Source: Acidimicrobiales bacterium (lineage in GTDB: Bacteria > Actinomycetota > Acidimicrobiia > Acidimicrobiales > RAAP-2). Taken from it: DNA of 64,000 nucleotides. The notes under the pieces were generated by a model that saw only the letters and a program-made list of their open reading frames with translations, was not told the DNA's origin and did not search any database. Below are positions 52,683-61,418 of the stretch, one piece after another. The DNA lies in assembly GCA_035533455.1 (NCBI GenBank), contig DATLTT010000028.1, positions 17,132 through 81,131 of the forward strand, given 5' to 3'. The position numbers were made by a program, and so were the translations under genes. The first letter of the stretch is position 1. Each line of letters opens with the position of its first letter.

Positions 52683-53957
52683 GTGGTCACGCGTCCTCAC
52701 GAAGCACACCCTGACGAATTCAATCCGTGGCTTCACGTCGCGTCCTTAATCGAACGGGCCGGTGAACTGCTCGGCCTGAACGAGGGAATGATCCGGCGCA
52801 TCGTCACCCCCGAACGAATCCTCGAAGTCGCGGTACCGGTGCGCATGGACTCCGGTGAGATTGACATGTTCACTGGATGGCGCATTCAACACAACACGTC
52901 GAGAGGTCCGGGCAAGGGGGGCATCCGCTTTCATCCGAGCGTCAACGTCGACGAGATCGCCGCCCTCAGCGCGGACATGTCGATCAAGTGTGCCGTCGTC
53001 AACATTCCCTACGGCGGCGCGAAGGGCGGGGTGAAGGTCGACCCCTCGAAGCTCTCACACGCCGAGCTCGAGCGACTCACTCGTCGCTACGCCTTCGCCA
53101 TCTCGCCCATGATCGGGCCCGATCGTGACATCCCGGCCCCCGACATCAACACTGACCCCCAAGTGATGAGTTGGATCATGGACACCGTGTCGATGCTGGC
53201 TGGGCACAACATGCCCGGTGTCGTCACGGGCAAGCCGCTCGCGATCGGTGGGTCACTCGGCCACGCGGGCGCCACGTCACTCGGCGTGACGATCTGTACC
53301 ATCGCGCTCTTGAAGCAACTCAACCGAAGCCCCCAGGGTGAACGCGTCGTCATCCAGGGTTACGGAAAAGTGGGAGCACCACTCATCAAGCTCTTGAGTG
53401 AACGCGGCATGAAGGTTGTGGGCCTCGCCGACATCCACGGCGCGATTCACGTGCCCGACGGCATCGACGACGAGAAGATGGCGCTGCACTTCAGTGAAGC
53501 CAAGTCCATCATGGGCTACCCCGGCAGCGAGGAGATCCGCGCCGACGAACTCTTCGCCCTGCCGAGCGATGTCGCGGTACCCGCCGCGTTGGGCGGCGTG
53601 ATCACCGAAAAGGTCGCCGAGACCATGGCCGCGTCAGCGATGGTGGAGGCGGCGAACGGGCCTACGACCGGTGAAGGGGCCGCCGTGCTCAGGAGTCGTG
53701 ACATACCGGTCGTCCCCGACGTCTTGGCCAACGCCGGTGGCGTCGTCGCGTCGTACTTCGAGTGGGCCCAAGACCTCCAGGGCTTCATGTGGGAGGGCGA
53801 GCTCTTTCGACAGCGTCTCGAAAAGACCATGCACGACGCCTTCGATGCGGTGTGGGAACGCCACGACCAGCTCGACCTGCCCCTGCGCGACACCGCCGTC
53901 GTGGTGGGTGTCGAACGTATCGCCGAGGCGACCGAACTGCGCGGGCTCTTCCCGTAA
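52683..53957 (+). CDS. Glu/Leu/Phe/Val dehydrogenase family, glutamate dehydrogenase-like
   Basis: Sequence GWRIQHNTSRGPGKGGIRFHPSVN...NIPYGGAKGG..., then IQGYGKVGAPL (Rossmann). The start is uncertain: GTG at 52683 gives 424 aa, and the track ORF starts at 52542. Confidence 0.85.
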   Translation: MVTRPHEAHPDEFNPWLHVASLIERAGELLGLNEGMIRRIVTPERILEVAVPVRMDSGEIDMFTGWRIQHNTSRGPGKGGIRFHPSVNVDEIAALSADMSIKCAVVNIPYGGAKGGVKVDPSKLSHAELERLTRRYAFAISPMIGPDRDIPAPDINTDPQVMSWIMDTVSMLAGHNMPGVVTGKPLAIGGSLGHAGATSLGVTICTIALLKQLNRSPQGERVVIQGYGKVGAPLIKLLSERGMKVVGLADIHGAIHVPDGIDDEKMALHFSEAKSIMGYPGSEEIRADELFALPSDVAVPAALGGVITEKVAETMAASAMVEAANGPTTGEGAAVLRSRDIPVVPDVLANAGGVVASYFEWAQDLQGFMWEGELFRQRLEKTMHDAFDAVWERHDQLDLPLRDTAVVVGVERIAEATELRGLFP

Positions 53958-53966
53958 CGTTCGCGC

Positions 53967-54314
53967 GTGCCACGTCGACGTCGGCGTGACGCGAGCGACC
54001 TCGGTCGCGACCGAAATCGTCCCAGAAAACTTGTCGGGCGACCGCTGTTCCCTCTCGTTACGTACGACCCCGAGCGGTCGACGAAGTGCGACGAGGGCTC
54101 GCAGTACAAAATCCCCCTTTGTCGTACGCACCGCACGATGCGCCGTGAAGCGAGGCACACCGTGTGCAAAGGTTGGACGGTGGGAAACGACGACGCTCGA
54201 CACGAGGAACTTGAGGGCGTCATTCGTGCGCTCCGTGACGAGGTCGTACGGCTGAAGGCCGAGATTGCCCGCCTGCGTAGCGACCGCGACGAGAAGCCGC
54301 CTCACTACCTTTGA
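53967..54314 (+). CDS. hypothetical small protein: Arg-rich N-terminus, Cys triad, C-terminal coiled coil
   Basis: 115-aa track ORF starting 10 nt after the gdh stop. Third-position G+C rises to the level of real genes after about codon 25. The tail ELEGVIRALRDEVVRLKAEIARLRSD is heptad-like. I saw no homology. Confidence 0.3.
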   Translation: MPRRRRRDASDLGRDRNRPRKLVGRPLFPLVTYDPERSTKCDEGSQYKIPLCRTHRTMRREARHTVCKGWTVGNDDARHEELEGVIRALRDEVVRLKAEIARLRSDRDEKPPHYL

Positions 54315-54332
54315 GGTCCCGTTACGTCTAGT

Positions 54333-54365
54333 CCGTGCGTGACGTCATCCGACGAGAACGCACGG
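54333..54365 (+). terminator. 8-bp hairpin just after the small ORF (possible U-tract-less terminator)
   Basis: CCGTGCGT (54333-40), 17-nt loop, ACGCACGG (54358-65). It begins 19 nt after the TGA at 54312-14. Confidence 0.35.
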
Positions 54366-54728
54366 CCACGTTCGATCGCCGACGAGGTTCTGCCTGAGTC
54401 CCCCCTTTCGCACAACCTGACGGAGAGTTCGATCCCCTTCGCTGGCGCCACGGCCCGCAACGGGAGAAAACCCCGTCCGTGCCGACAACCGAGTCGGCGA
54501 GAACGCTCCCACGGCGGCGTCTCGATCCCCTCCGCGAACACCGGGACCGGAAGTTCGTCACCGAGTGAGACGATGGAGCTGGCCCAACGCAGAGCGAGCC
54601 CTCACCCTCAGTCAAGGCAGGCGAACGATGTTCGCGAAACGTCGCGCACCGACTCACCGCCCGTCATCGGGGCCCCAATCGCCTCATCGACAGGGCAACG
54701 CGGTACGAGGGAGACCTCGCGAGTCGAC

Positions 54729-55271
54729 CTAGTGATCGCTCCAGACCTGTTCGTAGGAGCCAACGAGCATGGCGCGCGCGATGCCGTGCGTAAAGAGATT
54801 GAATCCCAAGTACGCGGGGGTCGCGCCGTCGGGCAGATCCAACGTTGGCACGTCGACCGCGTGGACCACCACGTAGTAGTAGTGCGCGCCGTGACCGGGG
54901 GGCGGTGCCGCTCCCACGAAGCGCTTCATGCTCGCGTCGTTCGCCAGTTGTACGGCGCCGTCGGGAAGGCCACTGCCCTCGCTGTCGCCAGCACCCGAGG
55001 GAAGCGACGTGGTCGTGACCGGAATGTCAGCGACGGCCCAGTGCCAAAACCCGGACGCCGTAGGCGCCACCGGGTCGTAGACGGTGACGGCGAAACTCCT
55101 CGTCCCTTCGGGAAAACCCCGCCACGACAACTGCGGCGACGTGTCCGAACCACCCGCACCCATCATTCCGCTCACCTGGGCTTTGGCCAGGATCGCGCCG
55201 TCGGCGAGGTCCTCGGACGTCAATTCAAAGGAGGGAAGAACGGGCAGATCCTCGTAGGGGTTCCTCGACAT
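54729..55271 (-). CDS. YbhB/YbcL family Raf-kinase-inhibitor-like (PEBP) protein
   Basis: 180 aa. Sequence [40 protein letters not shown]...[21 protein letters not shown]. Confidence 0.9.
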   Translation of the reverse strand: MSRNPYEDLPVLPSFELTSEDLADGAILAKAQVSGMMGAGGSDTSPQLSWRGFPEGTRSFAVTVYDPVAPTASGFWHWAVADIPVTTTSLPSGAGDSEGSGLPDGAVQLANDASMKRFVGAAPPPGHGAHYYYVVVHAVDVPTLDLPDGATPAYLGFNLFTHGIARAMLVGSYEQVWSDH

Positions 55272-55599
55272 GGTTCATCCAACCTTTCAACGTGTAAGTC
55301 GCGTCGGAGGGAAGCAGCGTTCCACCGACCGACTACGTACCAAGGGCCACTGTACTTAGGTCCGCGACGGCGCGTCAACGCGCGTCGAAAGCTCGCCCCC
55401 CGTCGAATCTTCGATGCGCAGGGTGAGGACACGACAGTAAAGGTAGGGCGCAACGGACAGGGATCCCTCGCGCTCGACGTCGCGCTTTCGAACTTTCAAT
55501 AGGATGAGTTCGATGAGTGGACCTCTCTCGCCGTCGCCACGTCGAAGGCCCCGTCAAAGCCCTCTCCCTTTCGCTCGCGACCTCGAAGCCGAATCAGCG

Positions 55600-56703
55600 A
55601 TGCGCACGTGCACCTCGTTCCTGAGTGGTCACGGGCCGCGTCTCGTGAGCGATCTACTCACGACGATCGCGCCCGACACCGAGATTGACTACTACGGCGT
55701 CGGCGGGGTCGTGCGCGACCTCGAGGCGAAGGTGGCGGAACTTCTCGCCAAGCCCGCGGCCCTCTTCGTACCGAGTGGGACCATGGCCCAACAGATTGTC
55801 TTGCGGGTCCTGGGTGAACGCCGCGGTTCGAAGACGGTGGCCTTTCACCCCGCGTGCCACCTCGACACCCACGAAGAACGCGGGTATCAGAAGCTCCACG
55901 GTCTGTTCGCGGTTCCGGTGGGACCCAGGAACGAGCCACTCTCGATCCAGAGCCTCGCACAGGTGCACGAGCCCGTCGGAGCGTTACTCATCGAGCTACC
56001 TCAACGTGACCTCGGCGGGGTGCTGCCGAGTTGGGACGAGTTGAACGCGCAAGTTGATTGGGCTCACGAACACGGTGCCGCGGTGCATCTCGACGGCGCG
56101 CGACTGTGGGAAGCGACGCCTCACTACAAGAAGTCTCCCGCCGAGATCGCGGCTCTTTTCGACACGGTCTACGTCTCGTTCTACAAGGGACTCGGTGGCA
56201 TCAGTGGATGTTGTGTCGCAGGAGAAAGGGACGTGATCGAAGAAGTCTCGACGTGGCGTACGCGACACGGAGGGCGACTCTTTGGTTTGTGGCCGTACGC
56301 GGCGTCAGCGTTGACGGTACTCGAGCGCCGCCTACCGTTGATGCCGAAGTACCACCGTCGCGCCGTCGCCATCGGCAGAGCGCTCTACGATCTTCCGGGC
56401 GTCGAGGTCCTTCCCTACCCGGTGCAGTCACCAATGATGCACCTTCGCCTCGACGTAGGGGTGCGGGACCTGCGCGCGCGGGCCCTCGCCATGGCGCGCG
56501 AGGAGAAGGTGTGGACCTTCGCTCGCCCTTTCGCGTCCGAGGGTGCGTCGCTGCAACGAATCGAGTTCAACGTTGGTGACGCGACCTTGGCGTTCACGCC
56601 GGCGGAGGTTCGCGAACTCGTCGAACGGCTGGTACGCGACCCGAAAAAGGGCGCGAAGCCCGCACCAGGGCGCACGACGCCCACGAAGCGATCGGGCCGC
56701 TGA
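55600..56703 (+). CDS. threonine aldolase / beta-eliminating-lyase family PLP enzyme
   Basis: Sequence DYYGVGGVVRDLEAKVAELLAKPAALFVPSGTMAQQIVLR...VHLDGARLWE...VYVSFYKGLGG, with the PLP Lys. The start is uncertain: ATG at 55600 or ATG at 55504. Confidence 0.75.
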   Translation: MRTCTSFLSGHGPRLVSDLLTTIAPDTEIDYYGVGGVVRDLEAKVAELLAKPAALFVPSGTMAQQIVLRVLGERRGSKTVAFHPACHLDTHEERGYQKLHGLFAVPVGPRNEPLSIQSLAQVHEPVGALLIELPQRDLGGVLPSWDELNAQVDWAHEHGAAVHLDGARLWEATPHYKKSPAEIAALFDTVYVSFYKGLGGISGCCVAGERDVIEEVSTWRTRHGGRLFGLWPYAASALTVLERRLPLMPKYHRRAVAIGRALYDLPGVEVLPYPVQSPMMHLRLDVGVRDLRARALAMAREEKVWTFARPFASEGASLQRIEFNVGDATLAFTPAEVRELVERLVRDPKKGAKPAPGRTTPTKRSGR

Positions 56704-56737
56704 CGACGTCGTTGTCCTTCGCCACGTAAGCCGTGCG

Positions 56738-57265
56738 ATGAACGTCGCCGACCAGTCCCTCCCCGCCGTCCGCTCGATCGTCGTGATGGGCGTGGCCGGT
56801 TCGGGTAAGTCCACGGTCGCGCGGGCGCTCGCGGCCCGACTCGACTACGAGTTCATCGACGCGGACTGGCTGCACTCGCCCGAGAACATCGAGAAGATGT
56901 CATCGGGACACCCCCTCAACGACGACGATCGCTCGCCGTGGTTGCACGCCGTGGGACAGCGTATCGAGAGCGAGTCGCGGATTCAGCGCGGTACCGTCAC
57001 CGCCTGTTCGGCGTTGAAACGCTCGTACCGCGACCTTCTGCGTCTCTACGTTCCCGACGCCTTCTTCGTCTACTTAGAGGGTTCGCGAGAGGTCATTCAG
57101 GCGAGGATCGAGGCTCGACGCCGACAGATCGTGGGCGGGTCACTCTTGGCGTCCCAGTTCGACATCCTCGAGGTGCCTCAAGACGACGAGCGTGGCCTGC
57201 GCGTCGACATCCGACGAAGCCCCGAAGCCATCGTGAACGTCGTCGTGTCGGCGCTGGCCCGCTAA
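56738..57265 (+). CDS. gluconokinase (GntK/IdnK family P-loop kinase)
   Basis: Sequence IVVMGVAGSGKSTVARALAARLDYEFIDADWLHSPENIEKMSSGHPLNDDDRSPWL...TACSALKRSYRD. Confidence 0.85.
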   Translation: MNVADQSLPAVRSIVVMGVAGSGKSTVARALAARLDYEFIDADWLHSPENIEKMSSGHPLNDDDRSPWLHAVGQRIESESRIQRGTVTACSALKRSYRDLLRLYVPDAFFVYLEGSREVIQARIEARRRQIVGGSLLASQFDILEVPQDDERGLRVDIRRSPEAIVNVVVSALAR

Positions 57266-57269
57266 CGCG

Positions 57270-57288
57270 CGTCGAACCAGCTTCGACG
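57270..57288. terminator. 7-bp hairpin between convergent genes
   Basis: CGTCGAA, loop ccagc, TTCGACG, in the 28-nt gap between the gluconokinase and the GH3 gene. Confidence 0.35.
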
Positions 57289-57293
57289 AGTAC

Positions 57294-58451
57294 TTACGTC
57301 GTCGTGGTAGTGACGGCGACGCCCGGACAGCTCACTTGGTTTCGACTCGCTAAGACCTGCGCCGCGGCGCCTTGGAGCGTGGCCAGTGAAAGTGCGCCAT
57401 CGCTGACGGCCCTTTGAATCGCGTTCGAGGTCAGCTGGGCGGTTCGCAGCGAGGCCGCCGGTGACGGCGGCGTACTTTCCAGCGTGAGGTCGGCGCCGGC
57501 CTGCAGTGCCCGCACGCTCGCGGCGGGCACGCCCAGGTGAATGGCACTGAGCGCCCCCGCGCCGAGCGCGTCGGTCATGATGAGTCCGCCAAATCCCAGC
57601 TGCTGGCGAAGGACTTGCATGACGACCGGCGAGATGCTCGAAGGGAGGGTCGAAAGACCGGGCACCGTCGCGTTCGAGACCATGACGGCCGTTGCGCCGT
57701 CACGAACGGCGGCCGCGAAGGGAACGAGTCCGGTCTTGTTGAGTGTCGCCCACGGCACCGTCGCGGCCGGTCCGTAGTCGGTGTTGCCCGTGGAGCCGCC
57801 CAGACCGGGAAAGTGCTTGACGACCGCCGTGACACCGGCCTCACGAAGGCCGTTGAGAAACGCGACGCCGTCACTCGCGACGTTGGTGGGCACACCTCCA
57901 AAGGAGCGGTACCCGTCAGGGTTCGTCGCGCCGGGATACACCGCGCGCCCGTCCACGTCGAGCACGGGTGCCAGATCGGTGTTCACGCCGGCCGAGGCGA
58001 GGGAGAGCCCAACCTTCTTGCCTTCGGCGGTGATCTGCGCGGGCGTCAAGTTCTTTCCCATGGTCTGCGCCCACGGCGCGGTCACGAGGACGTTCGTCAG
58101 GCGTCGCACCGCCCCGCCCTCGTCGTCGGTCATGACGAGCATCTCGTACTTGTCGGGCGTCTCGCGCTGCAACGTGGCCACGACGCCCGCGAAATGAGCG
58201 GGCGCCGCGGAGCCCAGGAGGAGTATCCCCCCGTAGCCGGCGCGCGCCGCGGGACCCATGGCGCCGATGTTCTCGGCGTTGATCGTCACGGCGATCGTCT
58301 CATTGGCCAGTCTCGCGACGCTCCACTGGGCGACCACCTGCGACGCGCAGGTCAAGTTCGCGTTGACCGACGACGTCGCGGTCGTCGCCGTCGCCACGAC
58401 GAGTGACGCGACCACCAACGCGCCGCCCGTCATCCGAAATTTCGTCATCAA
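57294..58451 (-). CDS. secreted glycoside hydrolase family 3 N-terminal-domain protein (NagZ/beta-hexosaminidase-like)
   Basis: Signal peptide MMTKFRMTGGALVVASLVVATATTA. Motifs MTDDEGGAVRRL, KHFPGLGGSTGNTD and GLIMTDAL. Confidence 0.85.
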   Translation of the reverse strand: MMTKFRMTGGALVVASLVVATATTATSSVNANLTCASQVVAQWSVARLANETIAVTINAENIGAMGPAARAGYGGILLLGSAAPAHFAGVVATLQRETPDKYEMLVMTDDEGGAVRRLTNVLVTAPWAQTMGKNLTPAQITAEGKKVGLSLASAGVNTDLAPVLDVDGRAVYPGATNPDGYRSFGGVPTNVASDGVAFLNGLREAGVTAVVKHFPGLGGSTGNTDYGPAATVPWATLNKTGLVPFAAAVRDGATAVMVSNATVPGLSTLPSSISPVVMQVLRQQLGFGGLIMTDALGAGALSAIHLGVPAASVRALQAGADLTLESTPPSPAASLRTAQLTSNAIQRAVSDGALSLATLQGAAAQVLASRNQVSCPGVAVTTTTT

Positions 58452-58516
58452 TCCAGGCTAGAAGGGCTCCTTCAGAAAAGGACGCCGTTAGCCTGTGATT
58501 TGTCTAGGAGGTCACG

Positions 58517-59299
58517 ATGTCCACGTTGATGCCCGCCGCGTTCATTGGCCACGGCAGTCCCATGAACGCGCTCGATCACAACCGCTACACCGACGCGTGG
58601 TCGTCCTTTGGCGCGTCGCTACCCAGGCCCAAGGCGGTCCTCGTCGTCTCCGCGCACTGGTACGTGAACATCACGGCGGTGACCGCGATGAAGGTGCCGC
58701 GCACTATCCACGATTTCTACGGCTTCCCTCAGCCTCTCTTCGACGTGGAGTACCCAGCCCCGGGCGATCCCGAACTCGCCCAGCGCGTTATCGACGTGGT
58801 GGAACCGACCTACGTGGGACTCGACGCCGACTCCTGGGGCATCGACCACGGCACGTGGTCGGTCCTGGCGCACATGTTCCCCGAGGCTGACGTGCCGGTG
58901 TTGCAGCTCTCCATCAACGCCGAGATGCCCTTCGACTATCACTTCAACCTGGGCGTGAAGCTTCACGAGCTGCGACGTGAGGGCGTCTTGATCCTCGGCA
59001 GCGGCAACGTCGTGCACAACCTCCGGCTCATCGACTGGCACTCCGCCGGTGAGGGCAAGGACTGGGCCCACCGCTTCGACGACGCCACGCGCGCGATCAT
59101 GACCAGTGACCCGGCGAATCTCGGCTTGGCCAGCGCGCACGCCGACTACGCCCTCGCCGTCCCGACGCCCGACCACTTCTTGCCCCTCGCCTACGTCGCG
59201 GGCCTCTCCGCGGCCGCGACCACGCCCACGCGAACGCTCATCGACGGCTACGAGATGGGATCGCTGTCGATGACCGCCTACGAGTTGGCCGGGGACTGA
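58517..59299 (+). CDS. 4,5-DOPA dioxygenase extradiol-like (YgiD family class III extradiol dioxygenase)
   Basis: Sequence MPAAFIGHGSPMNALDHNRYTDAW...VVSAHW...IHDFYGFP...DHGTWSVL...GSGNVVHNL. Confidence 0.9.
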   Translation: MSTLMPAAFIGHGSPMNALDHNRYTDAWSSFGASLPRPKAVLVVSAHWYVNITAVTAMKVPRTIHDFYGFPQPLFDVEYPAPGDPELAQRVIDVVEPTYVGLDADSWGIDHGTWSVLAHMFPEADVPVLQLSINAEMPFDYHFNLGVKLHELRREGVLILGSGNVVHNLRLIDWHSAGEGKDWAHRFDDATRAIMTSDPANLGLASAHADYALAVPTPDHFLPLAYVAGLSAAATTPTRTLIDGYEMGSLSMTAYELAGD

Positions 59300-59302
59300 G
59301 CC

Positions 59303-59542
59303 CTACTTGCGGGCGGCACGCTTGGCACGCCACAGCGACGCGCCGAGCGTGCCCACGCCGAGCACCGGCAACAGAATCGCCGCGGCGGCGTTGTCGTGTC
59401 CGCTTTCGCTCAATAGGGCCACGACGCCGATGATGACGACGACCGCTACGAAGATTTCGGGCGTGTCGCCCACCAAGAAGTCCCACCAGAACATGCCAAA
59501 GCCCTTCACCACGCGTACGAGGAGTGGCGGCTGCTTCTTCAT
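59303..59542 (-). CDS. 79-aa two-TM membrane protein
   Basis: Sequence MKKQPPLLVRVVKGFGMFWWDFLVGDTPEIFVAVVVIIGVVALL... Its ATG overlaps the upstream TGA (ATGA). Confidence 0.55.
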   Translation of the reverse strand: MKKQPPLLVRVVKGFGMFWWDFLVGDTPEIFVAVVVIIGVVALLSESGHDNAAAAILLPVLGVGTLGASLWRAKRAARK

Positions 59543-60303
59543 ACGGAGACCTCACTCTGCTGCTTGGGGGTAGTAGAGCGAAGCCACGCGACGTAGAGCC
59601 AGGTGATGGCGAGATAGAGCGCGACGAGCGCGACCAACATCGTGTCGCCGCCGGGCCAGCGAACCTTGAGACCCTCGCCCGTCCAGAAGGTGCCGTAACT
59701 GACGAGCAGGACCCCGACGGCCATCTTCATCGCGTTCTCCGGAACGCTCGACAACTGCTTCGCGACGACAACGCCGACGACACCCACGAGCACCACGGCA
59801 ACGGCGGCGACGATCACGGCAAGTCCGAGTCGGTGCGCGGACGTTCCAAGCGTCAGCACCGTGATCACGACCTCAAGTCCCTCCAAGAACACGCCCTTGA
59901 AGGCCATGACGAACGAGACCCGGTCGCGTCCGGCGTTCGTTGGCTGCGCCGAGAGTTGCGCGACCTTCTCGCGGTAGATCTCGTCCTCGTCGTGCTTGGC
60001 CTTCAGACCGCTCGAACGGAGCACCGCCTTGCGGAGCCACTGCAGACCGAAGATCAAGAGCACTCCGCCCACGATGAGCCTGAGCAGGTCCAGGGGCACG
60101 TGCACGAGGGCCGGCCCGAAGGCCGCGACCAGCGCGCCGAGCGCGAGTAGGGCCACGATTGTCCCTTCGAAGGCGGAACGCCATCCGCGCGTGTGACCTA
60201 CCGCGAACACGATGGTCAACGCTTCGATCATCTCCACCGCGCTGGCGAGGAAGACCGCTCCCACCAGCACCAGCACTCCCGACGAAACCGTGACGCCTAA
60301 CAC
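59539..60303 (-). CDS. polytopic membrane protein with duplicated ExxE motifs
   Basis: Twofold repeat: AVEMIEALTIVFAVG and VFLEGLEVVITVLTLG. GTG at 60303 overlaps the ATPase TAG by 1 nt, with GGAGG 10 nt upstream. The track start at 60342 is over-extended. Confidence 0.7.
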   Translation of the reverse strand: MLGVTVSSGVLVLVGAVFLASAVEMIEALTIVFAVGHTRGWRSAFEGTIVALLALGALVAAFGPALVHVPLDLLRLIVGGVLLIFGLQWLRKAVLRSSGLKAKHDEDEIYREKVAQLSAQPTNAGRDRVSFVMAFKGVFLEGLEVVITVLTLGTSAHRLGLAVIVAAVAVVLVGVVGVVVAKQLSSVPENAMKMAVGVLLVSYGTFWTGEGLKVRWPGGDTMLVALVALYLAITWLYVAWLRSTTPKQQSEVSV

Positions 60304-61418
60304 TATTTTGACACCTCCCTGGTTGGATCCATAACGAAGCACGCCGAAGGATCGAAACAGATTTTAACGTTTCGTCCGCGATCGAACTTCGTCGTTGCGA
60401 AGATCTTGGTCAACGTGAAGCCCTCGCCCACGTCAACTACGTGATCGTAACCACGTCCGTTGAACGCGACATCACGAATGAGCCCACGAACACCTTCGTC
60501 GTGCGCGGGCGCGGCTAAGGACACTCCCGAGGCTCGAACGAAGAGGCTCACGTCAGCGTCGGGCTTCAGAGATTCGTTGCTCGACGCCTCAATCGTGTGG
60601 CTCGACGAGAAGGGCAGCGCGACGACGACACGATCGTCCCCCAACAATCTCTTGACGTGGACCGGAAACTCGCCGGCCACGCCCGTGAAGCGAGCGACGA
60701 AGGCGTCGTGGGGGTGTCGGTAGATGTTCTCGGGCGTGTCGAACTGTACGAGTCGACCAAGGTTCAAGACGCCGATCTGATCCGCGAGCGCGAACGCCTC
60801 GGACTGGTCGTGCGTGATGTAGATCGCGGTGGCGCCGGCCTCGCGCGTCAGGGTCGCGATCTCGATGCGCAGTTGCTCTCGGCGGTCGGCGTCGAGGTTC
60901 GACAGTGGTTCGTCGAAGAGGATGAGACCCACCTCGGCGGCCAAGGCGCGAGCGAGGGCCACGCGCTGTTGTTCACCACCGGAGAGTTCGTTGGGGTATC
61001 GATCGGCCAGGTGGCTGATGCCCACGCGCTCGAGGAGGTCGTCGCACCTTGCGCCACGTTCACTCTTCTCGAGTGACGACGTGGCCAAGGGGTACGCCAC
61101 GTTCTTACGCACGGTGAGGTGAGGCCACAGGGCGTAGTCCTGAAAGACCATGGCCAGTCGTCGACGTTCGGGCGGCACGAAGGTCTTGCCCCCGACGACC
61201 ACGTTGCCCCCAATGGAGATAGTTCCGCTCGACGGTCGTTCGATGCCGGCTACGCAGCGCAGCAACGTCGTCTTTCCCGAGCCCGAAGGTCCGAGCAGGA
61301 CGAGGAACGTCCCCGGCTCGACGCTGATGCTCACGTCGTCGAGCGCGCGCTTGTCGCCGAAGACCTTGGCGAGCGCGTTCACCGACACGCCTACCGCGCG
61401 TCGCATTGACTCGCTCAC
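60303..61418 (-). CDS. ABC importer ATP-binding protein (FbpC/PotA type)
   Basis: Sequence LGPSGSGKTTLLRCVAGIE..., LSGGEQQRVALARAL and ILFDEPLSNLD, plus a C-terminal TOBE-like domain. GTG at 61418 overlaps the permease TGA (GTGA). The track start at 61712 is over-extended. Confidence 0.85.
   Translation of the reverse strand: MSESMRRAVGVSVNALAKVFGDKRALDDVSISVEPGTFLVLLGPSGSGKTTLLRCVAGIERPSSGTISIGGNVVVGGKTFVPPERRRLAMVFQDYALWPHLTVRKNVAYPLATSSLEKSERGARCDDLLERVGISHLADRYPNELSGGEQQRVALARALAAEVGLILFDEPLSNLDADRREQLRIEIATLTREAGATAIYITHDQSEAFALADQIGVLNLGRLVQFDTPENIYRHPHDAFVARFTGVAGEFPVHVKRLLGDDRVVVALPFSSSHTIEASSNESLKPDADVSLFVRASGVSLAAPAHDEGVRGLIRDVAFNGRGYDHVVDVGEGFTLTKIFATTKFDRGRNVKICFDPSACFVMDPTREVSK

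Noticed and set aside
54378-54450. tRNA-like segment: GCCGACG...GAGAG-TTCGATC-CCCTT-CGCTGGC-G-CCA. It has a T-loop consensus, a 6/7 acceptor pairing and a terminal CCA.
   Set aside because: It is only 70 nt before the CCA, too short for a tRNA. I could draw no D-arm or anticodon arm, and both the acceptor and T stems contain A-C mismatches. It is not a functional tRNA and is at best a decayed tRNA-like fragment. It is mentioned within the gap finding.
54315-54728. Tested the gap against remembered signatures of RNase P RNA (GAGGAAAGUCCGG, ACAGAAxCCGGCUUA), tmRNA (GGGGCUG...GGUUCGAUUCC...CCACCA), SRP RNA (GGUCCGGAAGGAAGCAGCC) and 6C RNA.
   Set aside because: Only short partial similarities appear (CAGAACC, ACCGGAAG), in the wrong order and spacing. 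A 10-bp potential closing helix (54683-92 with 54378-87) is no better than expected by chance for a 400-nt GC-rich sequence. I make no call.
54339-55502. 387-aa plus-strand ORF spanning the unexplained gap and the PEBP gene.
   Set aside because: From 54729 onward it is antisense to a well-supported PEBP gene. The whole translation is Ser/Arg/Pro-rich with no domain. I treat it as a shadow ORF, and the 54315-54728 part remains unexplained.
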